Both the position numbers and the translations under genes were made by a program. Positions 33,701 through 43,824 of a DNA stretch of 64,000 nt are shown in pieces. The notes beneath the pieces are model-generated. The model saw only the letters and a program-made list of their open reading frames with translations, did no database searches and was not told the origin of the DNA. The DNA is from Felis catus (lineage: Eukaryota): contig NC_058383.1 of NCBI RefSeq assembly GCF_018350175.1, positions 4,776,001 through 4,840,000 of the forward strand, read 5' to 3'. Position 1 is the stretch's first letter. Each line of letters starts with the position of its first letter.

Positions 33701-34989
33701 TAACTTATAATGATCTTTAAACAAACAAACAAACGAACAAAAAATCCTATCTTGGAGGCTACACGTGTAGCTGTTTTCAGAATACTAACTTACCGTATTC
33801 AACTAAGGAAAATGATTTTTCACTCGTTCTGAAGATGGAACTTTTTTTTCTTCTCAAATCCATTTACCACTCCAAACTATTATTTTCTCAAGAAGGGATA
33901 CTACCTGTCTATAAACATAGGAGGAGGCTATCAGCGAGCCGGGTAGCAACACGGAGGAGATAACATATAGAAAAGGCCTCTCCTGAAATCCAAACAAGGG
34001 AAAATTCCTGACACTAAACTCCTCCTCAGAGGCTCTCAGAAGGCTCTTTCTAGAGAAGTACCTGGAGCCAGGAGGCTGCACACTCCAACACTGGGATCCG
34101 ACAAACAGCCACCGCCATGGACACCAGTTTTCCCAACAAGCTCATCCGGCTGTCATCAGCCTTGTTCCCTTGGGGGCTGAAAAGGGACGAGAAAATAATC
34201 TGCCGGACAGAGTCCTTGGTTTGCTCCTGGAAATAATTGCACATGATTTCAAGAAGTTGGAGCTCCTGAAGTGAATTCAACCTCTGTAAAACAAATCCAA
34301 GAAAAACGATAACAAAATTTAGCTTCAACAGATACGTTAATTCGTAGAGTAAGAAAACAGGAAAAATACTATTCCCCACCCCCCCCCACCCCCCCGCCCA
34401 GGGAACTGTTCACCCCTCTAAAGGCCGGGTCCCAGGAGGCAGAACTCTGTTAATCTCGGGAAACGTCACTCTACAGAATCGTACATCATCCTGGGTGGAC
34501 TCAGGATGACCTACAGCGGTTTAAGACTCTCGGTTACGGGCCTTTAACGCCTCTTCCTGTAGCACTACTGACACCCGGCTGTCGCACGCCCCGCAAAACA
34601 GGCACACGGCTGAGCAATGCTCAGGACGCCAGAGAAGGTGGATCTGGGCTGCTGTGAAGGAGCACGGCCAAGGGCGAGAACGGAGCCTGAGATAGCAAGC
34701 GGGTCTGTGGTTTGGCAAATGCTTGCCACCTCGAGAGGCGGAAAAGGAGCGGGAGTTTCCTTGTCGCGGACGCGGGCATCCCGGCCGCCCGCCGCACCTT
34801 GGGCTGCGCGCCGCGCTCCTTGGGCACCTGGAACACGAACTCCTCGAGCAGCTCCACGGGGCCCTTGTCCACGATGGGCAGCGGCGCGCTCTGCAGCTGG
34901 CTGCTGAAGTAGATGTCCAGGTGGTACAGCACCTCCTTGGCGGCGCTCAGCGCGTCGCGGCGCAGCAGCGAGTGGCGGATGTCGCTCAT
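21567..34989 (-). CDS. INTS15: Integrator complex subunit 15 (C7orf26), join(34798..34989,34062..34283,31792..31957,26641..27165,25603..25642,21567..21768), 1347 nt, 448 aa
   Basis: MSDIRHSLLRRDALSAAKEVLYHLD...FPFRPIR matches recalled human C7orf26/INTS15; six exons with GT-AG and consistent phases 0,0,1,1,2. Confidence 0.95.
24680..25220. mobile_element. MIR fragments
   Basis: MIR core-like tttacagaggaggaaacggaggctcaga..ggtgaagggattgcccga and ataaggaacttgccgaaggtca. Confidence 0.6.
25603..25642 (-). CDS. INTS15: INTS15 exon 5 (40 nt, DDLRTLCSRLPHN)
   Basis: gatttcAG|AT GAC CTG...AAT AA|GTAAGT; too short for the ORF track but needed for phase. Confidence 0.92.
25787..26005 (+). mobile_element. 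Can-SINE
   Basis: Canonical head, CT tract, A-rich tail. Confidence 0.88.
26641..27165 (-). CDS. INTS15: INTS15 exon 4 (525 nt)
   Basis: DDLIPPLDLLEMIV...ALLCTR; ggcAG acceptor, GTGAG donor; basic KRKKK stretch. Confidence 0.95.
27740..27893 (+). mobile_element. MIR fragment, interrupted by the SINE stack
   Basis: gccaggcactgttcta...ggatgaggaaattgaggca...gttaagtcacttcccc. Confidence 0.65.
27894..28620 (+). mobile_element. Stack of three Can-SINEs (27894-28108, 28115-28326, 28405-28615)
   Basis: Three heads and tails; outer duplication AAGTATGAGG(T/C)CAG. Confidence 0.9.
28339..28399 (+). pseudogene. Putative retroposed box C/D snoRNA fragment with poly(A) tail
   Basis: GACC..ATGATGA (28347-53)..CTGA (28373-76)GGTCCA, then T and A16; antisense to the host gene. 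Confidence 0.5.
29115..29141. repeat. (CA)n microsatellite
   Basis: Read directly. Confidence 0.9.
29330..29522 (+). mobile_element. Old L1 (L1MC-like) 3' end
   Basis: tgtatacatt...tgtacagctttttgtatgtcaatcatacct followed by an A tail. Confidence 0.6.
30600..31460 (+). mobile_element. Old L1 3' UTR fragment interrupted by a Can-SINE (30754-30963, +)
   Basis: ttgccaaaaatgttgaac..gaatc...aaattgagggacattctgca motifs; the SINE is canonical. Confidence 0.6.
31792..31957 (-). CDS. INTS15: INTS15 exon 3 (166 nt)
   Basis: RTPVVYCVRL...LYDLSS; ttcccAG acceptor, GTAAG donor. Confidence 0.95.
32098..32308. mobile_element. hAT DNA transposon relic, MER58-like
   Basis: Termini cagggcttggcaa...tgctgacccctg; internal ccaaatcc...gtttttgtaa and cctttacacaaaa. 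Confidence 0.6.
33247..33465 (+). mobile_element. Can-SINE
   Basis: Canonical; TSD TAATAATTACTCTA on both sides. Confidence 0.9.
34062..34283 (-). CDS. INTS15: INTS15 exon 2 (222 nt)
   Basis: RLNSLQELQLL...AASWLQ; tttacAG acceptor, GTACTT donor. Confidence 0.95.
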
Positions 34990-35560
34990 GGTGCGGCCGC
35001 TGCGGCCCGGGGCGTCCAGAGCGCGTCCGCACTTCCGCCCCGGGCCCCGCGGGCGCGCCCGCCGCCGCCGAGACAAAGAGGCCGCGACACGACCTCTGCC
35101 CGCCGACCCCGGCGCCCGCCCGTCCGCCGCTCCCGCTCCGTCCTGCTCAGGGGGCCATAGCCGCCGCCGGCCAGCGGGCGCCCGGCTGTGCGACTGCGGC
35201 GCCACCGAGGGCAGCGGGAGCCCGACGCCGCAGGGCCGAACGGCGGCGGAATGCCGAGCGCGGCGACGGCGGCCCGCAGGGGCCAAGCGCGGGCCGCGGC
35301 GAGGCCCGGACTCTCGGGAGGGCGCCACCTGGCGGCTCGGCCGGCCCGCGCGGAGGTACGCCCCGCCCCTCAGGCCCCGCCCCCGGGCCCCGCGACCGCC
35401 TGTGGGTCCTGCGGGGGCTCGCTGGGCCGCCGCACCCGCCACTGAACGCTCATTGGACTTTGCGCTCCACTCGCCCGCGCGCAAGACGAGAAGTTCCCCT
35501 TGCTTCCTCTGCGCGGCGCTCAAAGCCTATTGGATTGGATTTGACCGCGCTTTCCCACCT
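34560..35560. promoter_or_regulatory. CpG island promoter of INTS15 with GC boxes and CCAAT boxes
   Basis: CpG dense; CCCCGCCCC at about 35361 and 35375; ATTGG (CCAAT on minus) at 35452, 35528 and 35533. Confidence 0.85.
34798..34989 (-). CDS. INTS15: INTS15 coding exon 1 (192 nt)
   Basis: gcaccATG Kozak context; ends AAG|GTGCGG. Confidence 0.95.
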
Positions 35561-35897
35561 GTAAGGTAGGCTGGTGTGCTGAGCCGTAGCTCAGGCCTTG
35601 GCAGTTCATTGTCAAGATTACGTCTACTCCGGAACTCTTGGCGCTGCAGTGACAAATGATACCCCCTTACCCCTGGCCTCCAGCTTCTAGTCCCGAGTCC
35701 TCTTCCCCAGTCCCCTCTTCCCAATCCCCAATCCTGAGCAGCCTGGCCATGGGAATCTTAGGTATTCTGCTCCTGAAAACCCTCCCCTCCAAAATCCCCT
35801 CAGCACTTTCTATGAAACTCTTACGCATTCATCTCTTTGCACTGAATTAACGGGACAGTGGAGGGGTGGGGGGTGATAGTTTGGAATTTTAAAAATA

Positions 35898-36102
35898 GGG
35901 CAGAGGTGGCTCAGTCGGTTAAGCATGGAACTTCGGCTCAGGTCATGATCTCACCGCTGGTCGCTTCATGCCCCGCCTCTGGCTCTGTGTTCACAGATCA
36001 GGGCCTGGAGCCTGCTTAGAATTGTGTCTCCCTCGCTCTCTGCCCCTCCCCCACTTGCACGCGCTCTCCTGTCTCTTTCTCAAAAATAAACATTAAAAAA
36101 AA
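35898..36102 (+). mobile_element. Can-SINE in the ZDHHC4-INTS15 spacer
   Basis: Diverged head, CT tract, AATAAA tail. Confidence 0.85.
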
Positions 36103-36750
36103 TTTGTTTTAATAGGTCAGAAAAGACTTGAACGTGGCCACAAGAGGCCAGTGAAGGGCAGGGGACCACCAGCACAGGAATGGGCCTTGTGTAAAAGGCC
36201 CATGCTGACCCAAGGGAGGGCCTGGGTGAAGGGTGCTGGATATGGTTAAGGAGATAGGAAGCCAAGGCCTTTCCCTAGGAGGGATGGGAAGGGTGCAGCC
36301 TGGCACAACCCCAGGTCACTGGAACTCTCCCGCACATGTGGGGACACAGCCAAGGCCCCTCCTGTCAGAAGTCTGAGGTCTGGAGTCTAGAGCAGGAGAC
36401 CAAGGTTAGCTGGGTCCTCTGAGAAGGCATCTCTGGTCCCCTTGACACCAGGACTTCAGATATACTCTGTTCCAACAGGCTGAGTGAACAGAGGACGGGC
36501 AAGGGGGTTTCTACCACAGGGTCCAGCACAGCACCTGTAAGGATTAGGCACCCAATAAACACGAGTTTTCTCGTCCCTTCCTTAACTACTTGAAGCCAAT
36601 TTATAAACATGAAGCAGAAGCCAAAAGAGAAAAAAACAAAAAAACAAAACACCCCAAAACGAAGAAACACCACACCGATGCTTAAAAGTACAAATAAAGA
36701 CGTACAAATAAATGTATACTATATTTAAACAGCAGTAACACTTCTCATTC

Positions 36751-37041
36751 TTAGTTCATCTTCTCGGCACAATGTGCAGCGGCAGGTAGGAAGATCTCTC
36801 CAAGGTTGCTCCAAAGCCCATGGGAGTGAATGTTCCGGTAGACCTGGGGCTCTGCTGATGGGGGCCGGGCCACGTGGGGACAATGGTGGCACCAGGCCCG
36901 GTCACCTCTGTACCACTCATTAGTGGTCTGGTTGGTGGCAGCCAGGTACAAAGTGAAGCACAGGTAGCCCCCCAGGAGGAAGCTCAGCATCACAACAAAA
37001 CCCAGCATGAAGACGATCCTTGGCAAGGTCAGGAACAGGTA
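36751..37041 (-). CDS. ZDHHC4: ZDHHC4 last coding exon
   Basis: ccccc[19 protein letters not shown]...TTNE...EKMN; TAA. Confidence 0.93.
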   Translation of the reverse strand, partial: YLFLTLPRIVFMLGFVVMLSFLLGGYLCFTLYLAATNQTTNEWYRGDRAWCHHCPHVARPPSAEPQVYRNIHSHGLWSNLGEIFLPAAAHCAEKMN

Positions 37042-38783
37042 CTGGGGGCAGAGAAGGAACAGCACGTTAGGCAGCCACGCTGTGACACAAGTAAGGGCCA
37101 GCACCCACCAGCCCTGGCCTCGTCTGCAGACACGTGACAGCTGCCGCCCCAGCTCACCCACCTGTACACACACCTGACCCACTGAACACAAAACAGAACC
37201 ATAAATGGCGCTGACAAACAGCCCCAGAAGCAGTCCTAGCATGCAGGAGTTTACTATGGGATAAATGAAATGTGCACACCGAAGGAAAAGGAAAAGGATA
37301 CTAGGAGATGTGACTATGCCAGTCAGCTACTTGTAAAACAAAGAAATAAATACAGATCTTCTTTCATGCATCACAATATAAATCCAGACGGACACAGGAG
37401 ACCAATCTCTCTCTCAACACAATATGGCCAAAGAAACACACGTACGAGAGTATTCACTGTAGTGATTTTCACAGCCCCTCTTCCGAAAAGAGGAAGTCCA
37501 GTCGTGAGAAAGAGTAAAATCTTGGGGTAATGATACTATGGTATAATAAGGAGCCGGTACAAACGAGGCCAATTTTTACATACTGATTCGGAAAGGACAT
37601 TGGCAAATATTGCCGGATAAGAAAGACAAGAGGCAAGGATCCACATGGGATCATATTCTTATAAGAAACAAAAACACACTCCATGAAGGTGGGTAATATC
37701 GATAACCACAGGAAAAAAAGCCTGAGTGTACACACCAAACTACAAAAGTGGTGGCCTCTAGGCAGTGAGCTGTTGGGAAGGGCAGGGTATAACCTCCAGT
37801 TTTCATTTTTTTTTAAAGATGCTTTAAATTTCATGTGTTTCCCCCCAGCTTTATTGAGACAGAATTGACATGACATTGTGAAAGAAAGCTTAAGGTGCAC
37901 GTGACGTATAGCAAATGATCACAACAAGGTTAGTTGTTTCAACTACAAGTTTGTGCCTTTGAGCCCTTTCCCCCTCTTCTCCCCTTTTCATTTTAAGCAC
38001 TTCTGGACTGCTTGAATTTTTAGAAGTTATTTTTTTGAAAAAAGAAAATGAATTTTGACAGTGTTCAGTATCTTTGAAAGGCAAGAGTAAGAGAGGCAGG
38101 CGCATCAAAACTCTTCACAGGAGGGACCTTCTAACTGAAGTCACAAAGAAAAGAGACAGATTCGATGAGAAAGGATGTCTAAATTTTTTTATAGGATTTT
38201 TTTTTATACAAAAGAGGATACACAAACAGAAAACAAATACAAGAATGAACTATCATTATTATATGATCTCAAATCTAAAGTAATTCTAGTATAATAAAGG
38301 ACATAATTCACAAAAAAAGATATACAAATGACTGCCAAACAAGGAAAGTAATCAAAAGTAATAAAGAAATATAATTCTTTAAAAGGGCACAACATGTATT
38401 CCTACTAACATAGAAGCACCTGCCACCACTGGGCATCTTCAATGTCCACCCTGACACAACAAAGTGAATACCTGCCAATCACTCTAAGCACAAGGTTTTA
38501 TTTTATTAATGTTATTTATTTTGACAGAGAGAGACAGCGAGAGAGAGAGAGAGCAGATGGAAGAGGGGCAGAGACGGGGAGAGACAGAATCCCAGGCAGG
38601 CTCTGTGCTAGAAGCACAGAGCCCGATGCAGGGCTCGATCTCACGGACCACGAGATCATGACCTAAGACAAAACCAAGAGTTGGACACTCAACCAATAAG
38701 CCACCCAGGCGCCCCTAAGCACAAAGGCTTTTTTTTTTAATTAAAAAAAATATATATATATATTTTAATATTTACTTATTTTT

Positions 38784-38815
<32 letters not shown>

Positions 38816-40452
38816 CAGAATGTGAGCAGGGGAGGGGCATTGAGAGAGGGAGACACAGAATCTGAAGCAGGCTCCAGCCTCTGAGCTGCCAGCACAGAGC
38901 CCAACACGGGGCTCAAACCCACAGACTGCGAGGTCATGACCTGAGCTGAAGTCAGATGCTTAACTGACTGAGCCACCCAGGAGCCCCACCTAACCACAGG
39001 GTTTTAAAAAACAATTTGACGATATATATTAAAATCAAAAGATTTATTTATAAATGTTAATAATCTTTGACTCAAGGGCACCTGGATGACTCAGTCAGTT
39101 AAGCGTCTGACTTCGGTTCAGGTCATGACCTCGGAGTTCGTGGGTTTGAGCCCCGTGTCGGGCTCTGTGCTGACAGCTCAGGGGCTGGAGCCTGTTTCGG
39201 ATTCTGTGTCTCCCTCTCTCTCTCTCTCCCCTCCTCCCCTGCTCATGCTCTGTCTCTCTCTTTCAAAAATAAGTAAATGTTAAAAAATAATAATAATAAT
39301 CTTTGACTCAGTACATATACTTTTTGGAAGCTATCCTACAGAAAGTCCTAAATACAAAAACAAAACCATATACACTGATTACCTACCGTAAAGGGGAAAA
39401 TGCACTTCACCAATGGAGAGAGCTGGTGGGCACCACCTTAAGCAACAGATCAAGCTAAGTGTCACTGACCCTGTGTTCCACCTGATGGGATGCAACATGA
39501 AATACACATTCCTGCCTAGAAAGCATTTTTGCCAAAAATATTTAACCTGAATCTGATCAGGTCTCTAGAACTAACTTCCAGTTCACATTAATATTAAGGA
39601 ACAGAGAAAAATTAGTTGACACAAGTAGGAAAAAGACAAATTTAGACCAAGGGACATTCTAAAAGACTACTAAACTACTAAATGTCAACTTCATGAAAAA
39701 AAGGAGAGGCATTATTTTAGACTATGAGACTAAAAAGATATGACATTCAAATGCAATGTGTTAACTACAAGGTGGATTCTGCTTCAAGGAGGCAAAAGAA
39801 CTTTATAAAAGACATATTTGAAACAATGGGGAAATTTAAACATGGACTAGATTATATATTACATATTTACTATATATTCTATATTTATTACGTATTTATT
39901 ATTACTTTTCCTTGGTGAGATAACAGAATTGTAGTTATGTTGGAGGTTGACATTCTATAAAAATGCATGTTCCAGGGGCATCTAGGTAGCTCAGTCAGTT
40001 GAGTGTCTCTTGATTTCAGCTCAGGTCACGATCCCAGGGTCGTGGGATCAAGTTCTGCACTGAGTGTGGAGCCTGCTTAGAATTCTTTCTCTCTGTCTGT
40101 CTGTCTCTCTCTCCCTCTGCTCCTCTCCCCTGCTCCTGCTCTCTAAAACTAAAAAAAAAAAAAGAAAAAAAGAAAAGAAAAATTAAAAAGAATAAAAAAA
40201 TTTTTGTAAATGCGTGTTCAAGTACTTAGGGGTGAAGCAACATAATGTCTCCAGTTTATGCTAATAATACAGAAAAATACAAGGGGCACCCAGGTGGCTC
40301 AGTCAGTTGGGCGTTGACTTTGACCCTGGTCATGATCTTGCAGTTCGTGGGTTCGAGCCCCACATCGGGCTCTGTGCTGACAGCTCAGAGCCTGGAGCCT
40401 GCTTTGGATTCTCTATCTCCCTCTCTCTCTGCCTATCCCCCCCTCACATTCT

Positions 40453-40487
<35 letters not shown>

Positions 40488-43400
40488 ATAAATAAATAAA
40501 CATTAAAAATTGTTAAAAAGAAAGAAAGAAAAATACACAAAGAACAGATTAAAATGTTAATTTTTAAATCTAGGTGGAAAGTATACAGGTAACTTTTCAG
40601 TATGGACACTTACATAAATGAAAAAAACTGAAACAAAAACTACTCAAGGATAAAACAACAAATCACTACACACCTATCAGAATGGCTAAAATGAAACACA
40701 GTGATAACATGAAATGCTGGAAAGAATGCAGAGAAACCAGTTATTCCTCCATCACTGGTGAGAATGTAAAACGGTATATTTTACTCCGGTACATTACTCT
40801 GGAAAAGAGTATGGTGGTCCTTTTCAAAACCTAAAATGGACTTATCAACCCGGCAATCACAGTGGAGAGGTATCATGCAGGAACTTGCAAATGGGAATGT
40901 TCAATGCAACCTTATTAGTTAATAGCTAAAACCTAGAAACTACAGAGATGTCCTTCAAAGGCTAAATGGTTAAGCAAAGCGTGGTCCACCCATACTGTGG
41001 AATACTATACAGCAGCAAAAAGGAAGGAACCCTAAATACATGCAACCATTTGCATGGATCTCAAGGAAACTGCACTGAGTGAAAAAACCAATCTCTAAAA
41101 GATAGGATGTGATTCCATTTATGTAGCAATCATGAAATAACATACTAATAGAGATGGAGAACAGAGTAGCAGTGGCAGGTATGCAGGATGAGGCTGTGGC
41201 TATAAGGAGTAACACGAGGGAGTCTGTGGTGATGGACACAACATGCTGACTATAGTGGTGGTTATGCAGGCACACACATGCGACAGATTACACAGACCCA
41301 CACAGACACACACACACACAACACCAATGAACACATATGTAACTGGTGCAATCTGAATCAGCTCTGCGGATTGTGCCAATGTCAACTGCTTGGTTTTGGC
41401 ATTGAGCTGTGGTTGTCTAGGGATGCTGGCATGGGGGGAGGGGCTGGCAGTGGGGGGCAGGCTTAAGAGTGCATAGGCTTCCTGTAGGTTTCTTTGTAAC
41501 CTCCTGTAAATCACAGTTATTTCAAAATAAATTAAAAAAAATACTAGCTTTTACTGTGCATTTTATCATATTAAGACAGTCTCCTTCCATTTCTATTTTC
41601 TGAGTGCTTTTATTAGAATGGGTGTTGAATTCTGTGAAACACTTTTCAGTATCAAGAGAAATAACCATGTGGGGTATCTAGGTGGCTCAGCTGGTTAAGT
41701 GTCTGACTTCAGCTCAGGTCATGATCTCATGGTTCATGAGTTTGAGCCCTACATCAGGCTCTGTGCTGACAGCTCGGAGCCTGGAGCCTGCTTTGGATTC
41801 TATGTCTCCCTCTCTCTCTGCCCCTCCCCAACTCACGCTGTATGTCTCTCCCTCTCAACTATAAATAAACATTTAAAAAAAAGAGAGAGAGACAGGGAAA
41901 TGACCATGCTATTGTTCTTTATATTTAATAATGCCAAATAAAATACTAATCAATTTCCTAACATTGAACCAACCTTGCATTTATGGAATACATTCCACTT
42001 GTTCATTTTCTTTGAACAAAAGGAAAAAAAACCCAAGAAGAATTAACCAGTTACCTAAAACAGTGACTGCTCACAAGCTACTTCCCATAAATGCAGTAGA
42101 AATCTTTTAGCCATCAAATGAGTTTTTATAAGAACCCTACATTATTGTAAATTAATTTTGACAAAGTGCCAAAACAATTCAATGAGCAAAAAACAGTCTT
42201 CTCAAAAAAAGATGCTGGGACAACTGGATACCCGCATACTAAAAGTATGAAGTTGGAACCCTACCCTACGGCATGTGCGAAATTTAACTCAAAATGACCA
42301 GAGGCCTAACCTGTAAGAGCTAAAACTACAAAAACACTTAGAAGAATATGTAAGTGTAAATAAATCTTCACGACCTTGGATTAGGCGATGGATTCCTACA
42401 TATGATACCAAAAAGCACAAGCAATAAAAGAAAAAAATCAACTTAAAATCAAAATGTAAAACTTTTGTATTTCAGAGAAAACTATCAAAAACACGAAAAG
42501 ACAACCCACAGAATCGGAGAAATCATTGCAAATCGTATATATGATAAGGGTCAAGTGTACAGAATATAAAAAGGATTCTTACAACACAAGAATGAAAGAC
42601 AACTCAATTTAAAGATGAGCCTCTCAGGGCGCCTGGGTGGCTCAGTTAATTGGGCCTCAGACTTCAGCTCAGGTCATGGTCCCACTGCTTGTGAGTTTGG
42701 GCCCTGCATCGGGTTCTGTGCTGATGGCTTGCAGCTTGGAGCCTGGAGCCTGCTTTGGATTCTGTCTCCGTCTCTCTGCCCCTCCCCAACTCAAGCTCTG
42801 TCTCTCTGTCTCTCTCTCTCTAATATGAAAAAGAAAATTAAAAAAAAAAAGATGAGCCTCTCCTCCAAATCTTCTTGTCCAAAGAAGATATACAAATGGC
42901 CAATAAGCACACACAAAGTTGCTCAACATCGTGAAGTCATCAGGGAAATGCAAATCAAACTGCAGTAAGGTATTGCTTCATGCCTGTGACGAGGGCTATG
43001 ATCAAAAAGACAAGTAATAACAAGTGTAGGCGAGGATGTATGAAGGTGGAACCCTCACACGTTGCTGGTGGAAACGTAAAATGGCCAAGATACTTTGAAA
43101 ACAGGCTGGCAGTTCCTCAAATGATTACAAACAGAGCTACCACATGATCCAGCAATTCTACTCCTGGGTGGAACTCAAGAGACATGAAAACAAAAACTTG
43201 TACACAGATGTTCAAAGCAGCATTATTCAAAAATAACCAAAAAGTGAAAACACTCAAATGTCCATAACTGATACATGAATAAAATGTGGTATGTCCACAC
43301 AATGGAGTATTATTCAGCCATAAAAAGGAGTGAAATACTGATTCATGCAACAACATGGATGAACCACGGACACACCATGCTAAACAAAGAAGCCAACCCA

Positions 43401-43791
43401 AAAGACAGACTGTGTGTTATGTGAAATGTCCAGAAAAGACAACTCCATAAAGACAGAAGGCAGATTAGTGGTTGCCAGGGACCAGGGAAGAGGACAAAAA
43501 GGAATGATTGCTAACAGGTAAGAGTTTCTTTTTGGGGTGATGCAACGTTCTGAAATTAGATGGTGGTGGTCGTTACACAACTCTGAACCACTGCACTATA
43601 TAGTTTAAAAGGATGAATTTTGGGGCACCTGGTGGCTCAGCTGATGGTGCGTCTGGCTCTTGATTTCAGCTCAGGTCACGACCTCACTGTTCATGAGATC
43701 AAGCCCCATGTTGGGCTCTGTGCTGACAGCATTGAGCCTGCTTGGGATTCTCTCTCGCCCTCTCTCTTTGCCCCTCCACTGCTTGTGCTTG

Positions 43792-43824
<33 letters not shown>

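Noticed and set aside
34621..35523. 300-aa ORF suggesting an N-terminally extended INTS15
   Set aside because: Starts at a non-ATG codon among the CCAAT boxes, probably upstream of the TSS, and runs into intron 1.
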